64,000 nt of DNA, taken from positions 390,476,001 through 390,540,000 of the forward strand of contig OZ024740.1 of the NCBI GenBank assembly GCA_964016885.1, written 5' to 3'. The position numbers and the translations under genes were made by a program. Origin of the DNA: Eledone cirrhosa (Eukaryota). Shown here piece after piece: positions 42,881-57,590 of the stretch (positions are counted from its first letter, which is position 1; every line of letters begins with the position of its first letter). The notes below the pieces were generated by a model. It saw nothing but the letters and a program-made list of their open reading frames with translations. It had not been told where the DNA came from and did not search any database.

Positions 42881-43654
42881 TGTTTTTTTTTTTTTTTTTT
42901 CGTAGAATACATTTTCGATTATTTTCTTTCTTATTATATATCGCATTCTTTTCCGAAAATGGAATGGGAGGGGGGGGGGGGGCATCGGAATTTTCCAGCC
43001 TAGGAGATTTCTTCAGGACGAATAACAGAAGCGGGAAGAGAAGGGCCACTCGAAGTTACAAATAAGCACCTCTCGGCCGTTTCAATTTATAGAAAAACAA
43101 TCCCTTGATACTGAAGGATGTTTTGATCCTTCGTTATTTTGTACTGTTGTGGAAATCGTTGTAAACTTCATTAATTAAATGTTCACCAATTTCCAAATTC
43201 ATCATTTCAATAAAGAGTGGCTGTGTGAAAGAGCAATCCTTTCCACCCAAAACATTACAGTGAATGCCAAATCTCTCACAAATGATCCCCGGAGGTAGTC
43301 AGGCCTATAAAACTATCGACGTTAAAACCATTCTATATACTGAAGTTCTGTAAATGTTTTATTAGTTTCGTAGAAAACATTTTTCCAATTCTTTTCTTTA
43401 TTATTTTCTGTATTTAGATATTCTAAATAAAGTTTAAAAGTTATGTTATGTAATATTTAAATACCTTTTAATATCTTTTATTCTAATGAAAATGGACATT
43501 ATGACAGATGACAATAGGTATCTTATGCATAGATTTAAGCACAATAGAGACCGAGGCGATGGCCGTTAGTATATATATTCATAAAATAGTTTAGACGAGA
43601 TGATAGTACAACCGTAATTTAATCTCGGTTATTTTTGTTTATTATATATATATA

Positions 43655-44162
<508 letters not shown>

Positions 44163-45849
44163 ATGTTTTGCGCTCCTATTTATATATATATAAATGTATA
44201 TAATACCAACACAAAGATAATCTTTTAAACGTTTCCCTGCTATTCTAATTATAGGAATACGTACATACACACACACATACACACATACATACATACATAC
44301 ATACATATATAAATATGCGCGCACATACACATAAATATGTACGTTTAAAATAAAGGCACGCTACTTGAAAACTTTACTTGAATGTCCAACGAATTTTTTA
44401 AGGCATTTTACTCGGTCATACTTTCTATTTACAACTATGCTATGAATTAGGTCAACTTCACAATAAACATAATCTATACTGTTATCTAAGTATTGAATTT
44501 ATGTTATAAAGTACTACTTAAGTTCACTTAATTGCAGAATTCATCCTGTACTGGCGTGATAATTTGTTTATGTCATAACCTTATTTACTTTTGCTTCGAC
44601 GTTTTAGTTTCTCTGCCTACAATTAATCTTCAAAATAAAATCGAACGATTAAGACAGTATGAGAACAATTTGTCGAAAATTTTGACAGGATCCGCTGCAT
44701 CCCAGACATAAATAGAATTATAATAGAAGGAAACGTGTATATATTTACTCTGAATCTCAGAAACACCAAAGTGAAATAGAGAAAATAAAACATCTTCATT
44801 AAAGAAAAGCGAGTATTTGTATATAAATTTCTGCGATTCTGTTACAACGTATAGAGAGAGTAGTAGTTTGATTACTCATACTACTCCTTTCTCTTTACTT
44901 CTGCTGCCTGTGTGAATGTATGTCTGTGAGTGTGTATTTTTGTAAGTGTGTCTGTGTTTGCGCGTTTATATTTATCATACTCATACATATAAATGTATGC
45001 ATATGCACATACACATACATACACATCCATACACACATATATGCGTCAACATATGGAAAAATATTCTAGTATATTATAATTTTAGCGACTACATCCCTAC
45101 TAAATATTATTAGGTTTCTAATAGTCACATTCTTTTCGTGATTATGGGTCTTAATCATGATTCATGAGTGTTCGTTCTCCCATTAGTGGATTATACTCGT
45201 TATTTGCACGCTTTAAGAAATTAAACAGAGAAGGCGCAAGCTTGTGTAAAAAGTGTAATTATTTGATATAGTAACGAAATGATAAAAACACTAAAATATT
45301 CTATGTTTTAGCTATGCTTAAAAATGTATGTATAAGATAAGATTTAATATTAATTTGTTAACATGGTTTTTAAATGAATTTAATAAAACATGAGCAAGTC
45401 TAGAAAATGGGATTCCAGCACATGATTTAACTCATGATACCAACCACTGAAAACGGAAACTTGTTTTACACTGGTCATTGAGTAATCATGCTTTACATTA
45501 CTGTATTGAATATTCTCAAACGAAACGCCCTGTTAATCATGTTAGTCTATTGACATAATAAAATAGGATCGGATTGCTAGTTCAAGTGAACTTTAAGTCT
45601 CTGCAATAGTAAACCGCTGTATAATATAGGGTGACCCATTTCCACAGTTTAAATAAAATCACACCAAATTCTCCTACAACACAATAATATTTACGTTTGG
45701 TTAGACTTGAGGACTAATATTTAGAGCTTTGGGGAAAGTGATTTTATAGCAGCCGTAATATTGATTTGTTTTAACTAAGAACAAGGTGTCAGGCTTGTAA
45801 GAGAGAAATGGAAAAGCTAAGCCATCCATACCATTATTATTAGAAAGAG

Positions 45850-46048
45850 TAGGGCGGTGGATTGGCAGTATCGGTAGAGGGTCGGACGCCATGCTTTGCA
45901 GCAAAGAGTTACGGCCCTTTATAGTTTGAATTCAAATCCCGCCGAGGTTAACTTTGCCTTTCTTCCTTACGGGGGTCGATAAAAAATAAAGTACAAGTAA
46001 TAAACTGGGATAATTTCTGGCCTTGTGCCAAAAGTAGAGACAATTATT
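45850..46048 (+). mobile_element. tRNA-derived SINE
   Basis: AGGGCGGTGGATTGGCAGTATCGG..TTCAAATCCC.. Confidence 0.9.
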
Positions 46049-46173
46049 AGAAAAAGTAAAGTAATCTTTAACTTGACTAAGAACAGCAACTAAAACAACA
46101 ACAATAACAAAAACGAACAAACAACTATATCAGTGACTCGTCTAAATTCATCACTAGTAGTGTGGTGTAAAAT

Positions 46174-46352
46174 AATGGTTTCTTATATAGGCACAAGGCC
46201 AGTAATTTTGGGACAGGGAAAAGTCGATTAAATCGACCCCAGTGCGTGACTGGTACTTTATTTTATCGACCTTGTAAGGATGAAAGGAAAAGTTAACCTC
46301 GGCAGGATTTGAATTCAGATCATAAAGGGCCGTAACTCTTTGCTACAAAGAG
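46174..46352 (-). mobile_element. tRNA-derived SINE, 5'-truncated
   Basis: Family match. Confidence 0.85.
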
Positions 46353-46885
46353 TGTGATGTGGTGTGGTGTGGTGTAAAATAATGGAAACCAGTGCCAAAC
46401 CAGTGTTTTTTGAGGATCGAAAAACTGTTTTATACTACTACAAATAACTCTAGGTGAGAGAGGAGAGATTCTAAATAATTATCAACAATACTAACGAGTA
46501 AAAATCCCAATCCAAATTATTAGTACCTTTTCAATTATATACAAAGGTATTTTAGTTCTTAACGGTTTGGAAGTGTGAATTGTGAATTTAATGATTCTGC
46601 ATAATTATTAGGGAATTAAATGAATGAACTATCTTCGAACTTTGATTGAACTTACATAGCTGTCTTGCTATGCCAGAGGCTTACATCTTACTTGTGACTG
46701 CCTACCCAGGAATGTCGATTTCCTTTGACTAAGCGTGAGTGCATGCAATAGTCAGCCTAGGATTGACTATCACACACGAATTACCAAAACAACAGACCTG
46801 CCAACCTCTACAAGCCCAAACGGGGAGTACCATGATAAAAAGTGCCCTCAAAACGGTGAAAAATGAGGCGAAATGAGATTTTACA

Positions 46886-47003
46886 TAATTGTTTCTACTT
46901 TAGGCACAAGGCCAGCAATTAACCAGTGCATTACTGGTACTTTATTTTATCGACCCCGTAAGGATGAAAGGCAAAGTCAACCTCGGCAGGATTTGAACTC
47001 AGA
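46886..47003 (-). mobile_element. SINE fragment
   Basis: Family match. Confidence 0.82.
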
Positions 47004-47318
47004 TAATGAAAGCTATACCCATTTTCACAAGAGAAGACATCACCCCCCCATCCCAAAGTGGGTGGGAGATCTCCTCGTCGGACGGAGAGAGTTGACAGGT
47101 CTGAAACAAGGATGGTGTAGAATGGCAAAATTGAGTTTTTTCTTCGGACTGACATAATGCTGAATATTCTAAACCTATGAAAGGACTCGAACACAGCTCT
47201 GAATGGGTAAGAAATGCTCATCAGATATAGATTGTTCCCATCATTTACAACAATGAATTTGTTACAACGCTTGTTATAAGTTGTACTGTGCGATAGTTAA
47301 GTAAGTTAGGTTGGCATA

Positions 47319-47532
47319 TTATTGGTTTCTTATATAGGCACAAGGTCAGCAATTTTGGGGGAGGGGAAAGTCGATTAAATCGACCCCAGTGCGCGACTGG
47401 TACCTTACTTTATCGACCCCGTAAGGATGAAAGGCAAAGTTAACCTCGGTGGGATTTGAACTCAGATCATAAAGGGCCGCAACTCTATGCTGCAAAGCAT
47501 GGTGTCCGACCCACTACCGATACTGCCAATCT
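47319..47532 (-). mobile_element. tRNA-derived SINE
   Basis: Family match. Confidence 0.88.
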
Positions 47533-47582
47533 AATTGGCGTTATAAATCCTCATCTCTTTAGCTGTCGGCCTCTCAATATGC

Positions 47583-49172
47583 AAGTCCGTATACAAATGT
47601 AAACCATGTCCATATACAAATATAAATCAAGTCCATATACGAATGTAAACCATGTCCATATACAAATGTAAACCATGTCCATATAAAAATATAAACCAAG
47701 TCCATATACAAATGTAAACCATGTCCATATACAAATGTAAACCAAGTCCGTATACAAATGTAAACCAAGTCCATATACAAATATAAACAATGTCCATATA
47801 CAAATGTAAAGCATGTCCATATACAAATGTAAACCAAGTACATATACAAATGTAAACCATGTCCATGCACAAATGTATACCAAGTCCATATACAAATATA
47901 AACCATGTCCATACACAAATGTAAACCATGTCCATATACAAATGTAAACCAAGTCCATATACAAATGTAAACCAAGTCCATATACAAATGTAAACCAAGT
48001 CCATATACAAATGTAAACCAAGTCCATATACAAATGTAAACCATGTCCATATACAAATGTAAACCATGTCCATACACAAATGTAAACCATGTCCATATAC
48101 AAATATAAACCATGTCCATACACAAATGTAAACCAAGTCCATATACATATATAAACCAAGTCCATATACAAATGTAAACCATGTCCATATAAAAATGTAA
48201 ACCATGTCCATACACAAATGTAAACCATGTCCATATACAAATATAAACCAAGTCCATATACAAATGTAAACCATGTCCATATACAAATGTAAACCATGTC
48301 CATATAAAAATGTAAACCATGTCCATATACAAATGTAAACCATGTCTATAAACAAATGTAAACCAAGTCCGTATAGAAATGTAAACCAAGTCCATATACA
48401 AATATAAACCAAGTCCATATACAAATGTAAACCATGTCCATATACAAATGTAAACCAAGTACATATACAAATGTAAACCATATCCATACACAAATGTATA
48501 CCAAGTCCATATACAAATGTAAACCCTGTCCATACACAAATGTAAACCATGTCCATATACAAATGTAAACCAAGTCCGTATACAAATGTAAACCATGTCT
48601 ATATACAAATGTAAACCAAGTCCATATACAAATGTAAACCAAGTCCATATACAAATTTAAACCAAGTCCATATACAAATGTAAACCATGCCCATACACAA
48701 AAGTAAACCAAGTCCATATACAAATGTAAACCAAGTCCATATACAAATGTAAACCAAGTCCATATACAAATGTAAACCATGTCCATATACAAATGTAAAC
48801 CAAATACATATACAAATGTAAACCAAGTCCATATACAAACGTAAACCAAGTCCATATACAAATGTAAACCAAGTCCATATACAAATGTAAACCAAGTCCA
48901 TATACAAATGTAAACCAAATACATATACAAATGTAAACCAAGTCCATATACAAATGTAAACCAAGTCCATATACAAATGTAAACCAAGTCCATATACAAA
49001 TGTAAACCATGTCCATATACAAATGTAAACCAAGTCCGTATACAAATGTAAACCAAGTCCATATACAAATGTAAACCATGTCCATATACAAATGTAAACC
49101 AAGTCCATATACAAATGTAAACCATGTCCATATACAAATGTAAACTAAGTCCATATACAAATGTAAACCATG
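47583..49172. repeat. 23-bp minisatellite, ~69 units (ACCA(A/T)GTCCATATACAAATGTAA)
   Basis: Period 23, e.g. 47941 and 47964. Confidence 0.98.
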
Positions 49173-49623
49173 TTTTTCTTGTTCTTTTTTTTTAATAAAA
49201 AAAAGAAGGAATTGTCCCACAATAATGTTTCATATTTGCAGAGAAGAAATTCGAATCTTTGAAAAAGAAACCTTGCAATTGTCAAATAATTACTTTACCA
49301 GCGTACAGATCTATTATTTACATCTCACTGACTTAGGTAAACAATTCGACTATTTCTATAACAAAAATAACGACGAAGTAATATTAATTTCTCAGAATTA
49401 TCCATGGAGATACTATTACTAACATTGATATTTATTATCCAATAACAACAACCAATAATCGATTAAATAACTAGCTTCGTCTCAAAGACTTCCTGTATTT
49501 CAATTGTTGACCTCTCATATCAAAACAATTGGCAGCAAACAATTATTTCTGCCTCCCAGGCTTTCGCAAGAATCAAGAATGAACGGCAATTCAATATATT
49601 CTATCTTTCATTTAGTTAAGTCA

Positions 49624-49712
<89 letters not shown>

Positions 49713-50297
49713 GTCTCTCTCTCTCACTCTCTCTCTCTCGCACACACACACACACACGCCCTCTCTCTTGCTCCCGCTCTCTCTCTGTGTCTCCCCCCTC
49801 CCCCCTTCTCTCTCTCTCTCTGCCTCTCTCTCTCTCTCTGTCTCTCTCTGTTTTTTTCTCTCACTCTCTCTCTCTCGCACACACACACACACACGTACCC
49901 TCTCTCTCGCCCCCTCTCTCTCGCCCCCCCCTCTCTCTTCATTCGTAAATAATACCCAATCCCAATTTATTAAAAAGAAGAAGAATGAAACAGAATGGTG
50001 AAAATATAACAAACTTACGAGAAAGAAAAGAACTAAGAATTAAGAAAACACAAAAACAACCGAGAAGTGGTTTGTTGTAGCTTATTTGACAGTTTAATGA
50101 ATTAATAGAAATATTAGTACAAATATTCCGCGTACATGTCCCTATACACACACACACACATACGCACGCACACGCACATGCACATACACACACGCGCACA
50201 CATACACATACGCACACACACATATGCACACGCACACACACACATACACGCACACATACATATATATATAGGCATATATATATATATATAGTAATAA

Positions 50298-50433
50298 TTA
50301 TTATTTCTACTTTTGGCACAAGGCCAGCAATTAATCCAGTGCATTACTGGTACTTTATTTTATCGACCCCGTAAGGATGAAAGGCAAAGTTAACCTCGGC
50401 GGGATTTGAACTCAGATCATAAAGGGCCGTAAC
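50298..50433 (-). mobile_element. SINE fragment
   Basis: Family match. Confidence 0.82.
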
Positions 50434-50437
50434 TATA

Positions 50438-50776
50438 TATAGTAATAATAATGAATGTGAAGACTAAAATCCAAAGAGAGCTCGATAAGGATAAATATAT
50501 CTATGTTTTAAAGCTGACGGCCGTATGAATGTAACAAACTTTTCGCCAAACGGCTGTACCAAAAAGCACGAAATTTGCACCATAGTTGTAACTTTTTCCC
50601 AATAAGAAAGTGAGGGTATTTTCGTCTTCTTAATTTCATTAAAAGATTAAAGATATTTTATCGTTTATTTAAATATTCACTTCATTAAAATTTTCAAATT
50701 TCAACACTTCCGGTTATACGACATTCCTCTCTCTTTCTTAGTCTGTCTTTTTAGATAGATACATAGCTATAACGTC

Positions 50777-50817
<41 letters not shown>

Positions 50818-51750
50818 GTAATAATAATAAATGTGAAGACTAAAATCCAAAGAGGGCTCGATAAGGATAAATATATATCAAATATATAAGAACCCTAGAG
50901 CAAATATTGTTCTCATTGCTGACATATTATCTTCGCTTTTTTCCGTTCATTGCCAAGGAACGTCTTCACGAACAAAAGTATCGTCTGCAACGTTTTTCGA
51001 AATATTTACTTCTGCGTTCACAGATTGATTTTTTTAGTTTCAGAAGATCCCGTTAAGAGTGAAAGCAGCGTCTTTGCTTATACTTTAATCTGTTATTTTA
51101 ATATATATATAATTATATATTTGTGTACAGATATGTTTGCATACACATAAACAAAATATAAACAAACGTATTTATTTCACGAAAGCACAGACGGCTTATC
51201 GTTATTGTTACTGCCGATATGCCACCCCAAAAGTCCCAGCCTGGCCGCAAGATCAGATTTTCCAGAAGAAAAAATGTTACTAGATCAACAGAGAGACTAA
51301 TCTTCGCGATTACAGTCAACAAAGCTCAGGGTCAAACCCTAAAAGTGGCTGGCCTTCATTTGGGAAAACCATGCTTCTCCCATGGTCAATTGTATGTAGG
51401 ATACTCTAGGGTGAGCTCGCCAAACAATCTCTTCATCTTATAATAATATGAGTCTCTAACAGTGTAAATTATGTATTTTCTGTTACTTGGAATTTCCATT
51501 ATGGTTGTACAAATTATTGTAAAGTTTGTTAAAAATGTGTTCTCTGTTCAGCCTCTATTGTTGTAACTATCAATTTTCTTTAACGTACTGGCTGCTGAAC
51601 TAAGTAATCCTAAAAACTATTAAAACCACAAATCAGAGCATGTTAAACCCCACCCCCTCGCTGACTTGCGGTGTCTTTGCACTGGAGTGGAGGGGGATTC
51701 CTGAAAAGATAAAATGCCGGTATACTTAGCGGAGCGCCAGCCGGTTATTT
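50438..51750 (+). mobile_element. Helitron-derived element with a helicase fragment
   Basis: RLIFAITVNKAQGQTLKVAGLHLGKPCFSHGQLYVGYSRV at 51295-51443; head AGTAATAATA..TGAAGACTAAAATCCAAAGAG repeated near 35160, 50441 and 50817. Confidence 0.75.
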
Positions 51751-51859
51751 TAATATATATATAAAGAAACGATCGACTTTCGTCAAATCGGACCGAGGGA
51801 ACAATGTTTCCGTTGGTCTTTCCAATTGCTAATACTATCTATCGGTCGCAACTCCAGGT

Positions 51860-51985
51860 AGAAGGAGCAACGTGAAATAAAGTGTCTTGCTCAAGGACAT
51901 AACGCATCGCCTTGTCCAGGAATCGAACTCACAACCTTACGATTGCGAATCCAATTCTCTAACCACTCAGCCACACGTCTTCACT
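51860..51985 (-). mobile_element. Second tRNA-derived SINE family (CORE-like body)
   Basis: Minus strand GTGGCTGAGTGGTTAG..GAGTTCGATTCC..TGTCCTTGAGCAAGACACTT. Confidence 0.8.
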
Positions 51986-52000
51986 AATATATATATATAT

Positions 52001-53055
52001 ATATTTAATACAATAACAGAGATAGCTTAAAGCTAAACTCTGACTGGTAACCATCTCACTCAACAAACATTAGGTTATATTTTAGTATAAACCCAATTTA
52101 AGTGTTTGGGGTGCTAACTATATGTATTTTGTGGAAAGCCAGTTGTATTATTTTATGAGATATAATTAGTTAAAATATATCTCTCTTTCCAAACAATTGT
52201 TTCATTATAAGTTTTCTACAAATTGGGAGAATTTTTCCAGTTTATGTAGAAGCCTAACATATATTCATGTAAGAATATATTTAGGTGGGTACTTATAAAT
52301 CATCAGTGGAAGCCCATTAAACTTTGATATAAGAAAAAATTCTTACCGCAGTTAAAAATCGGGTCTGCTAAGCTGCTCCCTCACGCATCGAATGACCGCC
52401 AAATTTGAAATTCCAGCAGTTTTTGACTGAGGAAGTATTATAGCGTCACTAAGCGGGAAGGGGAGACAACCACGATACACGAAAAGAGAAAAAATGATAT
52501 ACACGCGGGTTAATTAGTTTTTTCAAAAACATTATTAATCCAACGTGTTCAGAACTCAATTGAAATTAAAAAAATAAATGTATGCGTGTATAAATTACAC
52601 ACGCATATAGATATTTTCTTAGTCTAAAAACAGAAGTTGTACCAGAACAACAAACCGCATCTCATAACCGTAGTAAATACGGAAAGTTACGCTTTAAAGG
52701 GGCAAATGGGAATGTAAATCTCCGGCCGAATTAAGATAAAATATTAAACACACACGGGTTAATTAGTTATTTCAAAACTAATATCAATTCCACGTGTTAA
52801 GAACTCAATTAATTTTAAAAAATAAATGTATGCATGTAATTATTTACACAGGCATATATATATTTTCTTAGGCTAAAAACAGAGAAGTTACAACCAAAAA
52901 AACCACAATATCCCATAACAGTAATAAATACGGAAAGTCATATTTATAAGGTACCTGGAAATAAATACCTCTGGCCTATCAAGAGTAAAATATTTAATAC
53001 AATAACAGAGATAGCTTAAAGCTAAACTCTGACTGGTAACCATCTCACTCAACAA
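52001..53055 (-). mobile_element. Family B element, copy 2 (989-nt period including a ~250-nt internal duplication)
   Basis: 66-bp direct repeat at 52001 and 52990; (TA)n flanks. Confidence 0.85.
52187..52311 (-). ncRNA. Type I hammerhead ribozyme (family B, copy 2)
   Basis: TTCCA-CTGATGA-T-TTATAAGT..ACTTATAA-T-GAAA-CAATTG-TT^TGGAA. Confidence 0.85.
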
Positions 53056-53104
53056 TATATATATATATACTCTCTCTATATATATCTATCTATCTATCTA
53101 TCTA

Positions 53105-53317
<213 letters not shown>

Positions 53318-53599
53318 TATGTATACGTAAATACACACACATACAAATATGTATGGAGAAAGATAAACAAACCTGCCTTAAATCTTTGATTTTTAATTCT
53401 TTTTAATTGTAATGCTCAAGATTTTATAAGATGGATTTCACTGATACATCGAAACCGGTTATACTTCATGTTTTATATACATTATAAAACTCTTTTTAAA
53501 AAGAATTGTCCCTCTCATTTTTTCAATAATGTCACTTTGACGAAAAAAAAGAAAAAACAGATCCTTAAATATATTTTCTGTACTATTTCCAATTTCACC

Positions 53600-53699
<100 letters not shown>

Positions 53700-53704
53700 A
53701 GTAT

Positions 53705-54347
53705 GTATGTATGTATACTTACATGCGTAGATGTATACAGACATACAGTAGTATGTATATATATACATACATGCACACATATATATATGCACGTATCGGT
53801 TTACCGAACATTTATTATTATGCTCGGTTTGTTTGTAAACAAACAATCAGCCTTACATTTAAGTAACTACCGTACTAAGAGTGAGAAATGTAATTTCGTT
53901 TCATTCTATTCCATTTATCGTTTTCGGCGCGCCCGGCCGACTAAACTCACTCGATATGCAAATTAGGCTGCTCAGCCATTAATATGCATGAGGAAAGTAT
54001 ATACTTTCAGACGTTCAACCATCTCGCAGGAAGGTATACGATGCTGACGATAGCTAATAAGCTTGAAACTAGTACATCGTTCCTGTGTCAGTGTTGAACA
54101 AAAAGGTGACGTGGTTGCCTAAACTCAGTACGGCATAATTCGGGCTGATTGTTTGTTTACAAACAAACCGAATATTATAATAAATGTTCGGTAAACCGAT
54201 ACGTGCATATATATATGTGTGCATGTATATATACATACTACTGTACGTCTGTATACATATATGAATGTATGTATACATACATTCATATTTACATTTAAGT
54301 AACTGCCGTACTAAGAGTGAGAAATGAAATTTCGTTTCATTCTATTC
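53705..54347 (+). mobile_element. Family A element, copy 2 (436-nt monomer, ~59-nt direct repeat, 5' inverted segment)
   Basis: TTACATTTAAGTAAC occurs at 53853 and 54289; 53705-53851 is inverted relative to ~54143-54280. Confidence 0.85.
54033..54083 (+). ncRNA. Minimal type I hammerhead ribozyme (family A, copy 2)
   Basis: ACGATG-CTGACGA-T-AGCT-AATA-AGCT-T-GAAA-CTAG-TA^CATCGT. Confidence 0.9.
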
Positions 54348-54476
54348 TATATATGTATATATATATATATATATTTATTTACGTTTGTTGGTTCACCAGT
54401 GGATAGAACTGGTCATTCCGTATAGTCTACCTTGATGTAATATTAGGGAGAGCACTCGACGTAATGCAACTCACCC

Positions 54477-54560
<84 letters not shown>

Positions 54561-54569
<9 letters not shown>

Positions 54570-54748
54570 TAAAAAAATAATGAATAAAACAATGAAACAG
54601 TTCCTTATATTAAACAAAAAAAGTTCATTATTTAACGATCGTTTCTAGGACATATATGTGTTAGAATTGGCATGCATATTCAAAAGATCTATGTACAAAA
54701 TTATACAAACTATCAAAGAGAATATACATACCAACACGTACCAACATA
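54561..54748 (-). mobile_element. Family D fragment containing the 3' half of the HHR
   Basis: Reverse complement of ~13725-13912. Confidence 0.82.
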
Positions 54749-54832
54749 TATATATATATATATATATATACAAAAACAAGATAGCGTAGGACAGAACAAA
54801 GGAGAGGCACAAAACAAAGAAAAGAATCCCCA

Positions 54833-54875
54833 GTCACTGAAGAGGTCACATAATGTGTGACGAAAGAACTTTGAT
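54833..54875 (+). ncRNA. Candidate minimal hammerhead (family G)
   Basis: GTCA-CTGAAGA-G-GTCACA-TAATG-TGTGAC-GAAA-GAAC-TT^TGAT; short stems I and III. Confidence 0.6.
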
Positions 54876-55023
54876 AATATATGAACAACCGTCTGGTTGT
54901 GAAACCAACGAACCAACCGGAAATTTGCAAATTTCTTAACTTTATAAATTTAATTTATAATAAATTGGAGTGAAAGCACTGGTGCGTGTGTTTCTTATTG
55001 GCAACATGACCCTCCCGAAGTAT

Positions 55024-55063
<40 letters not shown>

Positions 55064-55178
55064 AAAAATTGAACGGGAACAAAACAGAGAGGCAGTACGA
55101 ACAAAGGATTATTAGTTTCACGCTCTTGAGAGTGGGTGGTGGTGGTTTATATATATATATACATATATATAAACAAAA

Positions 55179-55281
<103 letters not shown>

Positions 55282-55463
55282 AGTATATAGAACTTTTACC
55301 CATCCTAATCCATTTCTAAATAACTCCTTCATGAACATATTCCTTTTTGCCTTTTTTTCCCTTTAAATTTCTTCTCACTTCATTCTTGTTCTTTGTAAAT
55401 CTACAAATATTTGTGACGGAACATCTGCAGATCTAGAAACATTTTGTGGTCTATATATGTATG

Positions 55464-55497
<34 letters not shown>

Positions 55498-55529
55498 TGT
55501 ATGTATGTATGTATGTATGTATGTATGTA

Positions 55530-56068
55530 TGGCGACTAAACTGGCAACCCCACCAAGGTTTCTTGGTGTGGAGGGTGACTTTGGACATCCTGCAGGACTA
55601 AAAACAAAACCTGTCAAAGGGCAAAGGAGCTCTTAAGAGTCAATGGCCATCCAAAATCACCGGGAGAGATGACCCCTTAGCCTTTGTCAAGGCAGAATTC
55701 TAGGAGAAGGAAAATTCTGATATAACACCTGCAACCCTGATGGTATCCAATGATGTTGACTTATTCTTCTTTTTGGTAAATATCATCTTGGTTAAGAGAG
55801 TGGGACTGGCTTTGTGCAGTGCCTTTGCTCACTATAAAAGCTTCACGGCACAGGCATTGATTTATATCTGGAGATCTCTCTGCACTTGTCATCACATGGT
55901 ACCATGGGCCCAGCACTATGTGTCAATAATTGTCACAAGAGTAGCGTTTGTACCAGAGTTTTCAAGTCGCTGGCTGGACTAAAAAATCACACTAGTAGGG
56001 GTTCGGTAGGGGTTCTCCTACATGGATATAAAGTAGTGGCCGTACTAGAAAACGAGTTGGCAGCCACC
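55530..56068 (+). mobile_element. ~610-bp element, copy 3, 5'-truncated
   Basis: Starts at TGGCGACTAAA inside (TATG)n and has the same 3' end. Confidence 0.88.
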
Positions 56069-56497
56069 ATGTATGTATGTATGTATGTATGTATGTATGT
56101 ATGTATGTATGTATGTTTGTATGTATGTACGTATGTATGTATGTATGCATGTGTGTATGTATGTTCTGGTCTTATAATTATATAAATTGTTACCAAAAGA
56201 AAGAGAGCCGGATTCTAACACAGATACAAGACCCTTTCATTGGAACTTAAACAACATCAACTAGGTAGATATGTATGCATGTCTGCATGCGTGCGTGTGT
56301 GCAGGTATGGATGTTATTGTATGTGTGGATATGTTTGTTTTGAGTTATATATGTGCATGTGTATATGTACATGTGTATATGCAGTTATTACATGCAGAAC
56401 TTTTGGAATGTTTTACATATTTACTGGATAGTACTTGTAATTTCCTAACTAGTCGTTGTATATATGTATGTATGTATATATGTATGTATGTGTGTAT

Positions 56498-56792
56498 GGG
56501 AGTGAAGGACCCCTAGCCTTTGCCAGGGCATTCTTCTAGGAGAAGGCAACTGAGGAAACTGGGATAACTCCGATATGAAACCTGCGGCTCAGTAGTTACC
56601 GATAATGTTGATCTTTTAATCTTTTCGGGTTATAGATACTGTCGCTCAGAGAGTGGGATTGGCTCAGTGCACAGTCTTTCCTCACTTTAAAAATATCTTC
56701 ACGCACAGACATTGCATAATAGAATTAATTAATAATTATTAATAATGGTATATCGTGCAATGGCCATACTCGATAACGAGGGGGCAGCCATC
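56498..56792 (+). mobile_element. Diverged 3' half of the same superfamily
   Basis: GACCCCTAGCCTTTG..CTAGGAGAAGG..GAGAGTGGGA..GGCAGCCATC followed by (ATGT)n. Confidence 0.7.
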
Positions 56793-57169
56793 ATGTATGT
56801 ATGTATGTATGTATGTATGTATGTATGTATGTATGTATGTATGTATGTATGTATGTATGTATGTATGTATGTATGTGTGTGTGTGTATGTATGTATGTAA
56901 ATATGTATGTATGCATGTGTACGTGTCTATGTATGTATATAATGGTGTTAATGTGCATTTTGTTTATATTTTGGTGATTATACGATTTTCTTTTGAAGCG
57001 TGGTACTTGTAAGGTTGTGTATGTGTACACATACTCGCATACACACACTCACATACATACACACACGCGCACCCCAACACATACATATCACCAACAACAA
57101 CCTTTATTCAGATGATACCATAACCTTTTCCAAAAAGTGCTATCCATATATACAATCTCGCCATCTCAG

Positions 57170-57590
57170 TTAAGCCTGGACTGATTCCACAGAGAACCCA
57201 AAAGCATCCTGCAATGCATTTGTGAAAATTTCATCTCTCTTAAAAACACAAAAACAACAACAACAAAACAAAACACAAGCAATGTCTATTTCAAAGAAAT
57301 ATCATCACACCTTTCACATGAGCAACGTGCAACTGGAGCCCTCGAGATCGCTTAAAATACTCGGCCTCAAAATCTCCAGACGAATGCGCACCCTTAATAT
57401 AAGCGATGGCTAATTCTCAAAGACTGGCTCTTTACCTCAGTAGATTATTTTTCAAAACTCAATATTTTTATAAGCTAAAAACAGCCCCAGTTAATTTCAG
57501 TACAACACCTGTCAACGAGTATTCTCAATGTATCCGATCAAAATGCTAGACCCAGCTGCAAAATCTTCCCCCAAACTAACCGCGATACAC
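57170..57590 (+). pseudogene. Highly decayed CR1/L2/Jockey-like RT C-terminal fragment
   Basis: FHMSNVQLEPSRSLKILGLKI resembles the 'K.LG' thumb region. Confidence 0.4.

Noticed and set aside
47551-49220. Long 171-344 aa ORFs
   Set aside because: Translations of a 23-bp minisatellite in all three frames
53418-53462. AAGATG..CATC-GAAA-CCGG-TTA half-hammerhead
   Set aside because: CUGA core and stem I are absent; at most a remnant
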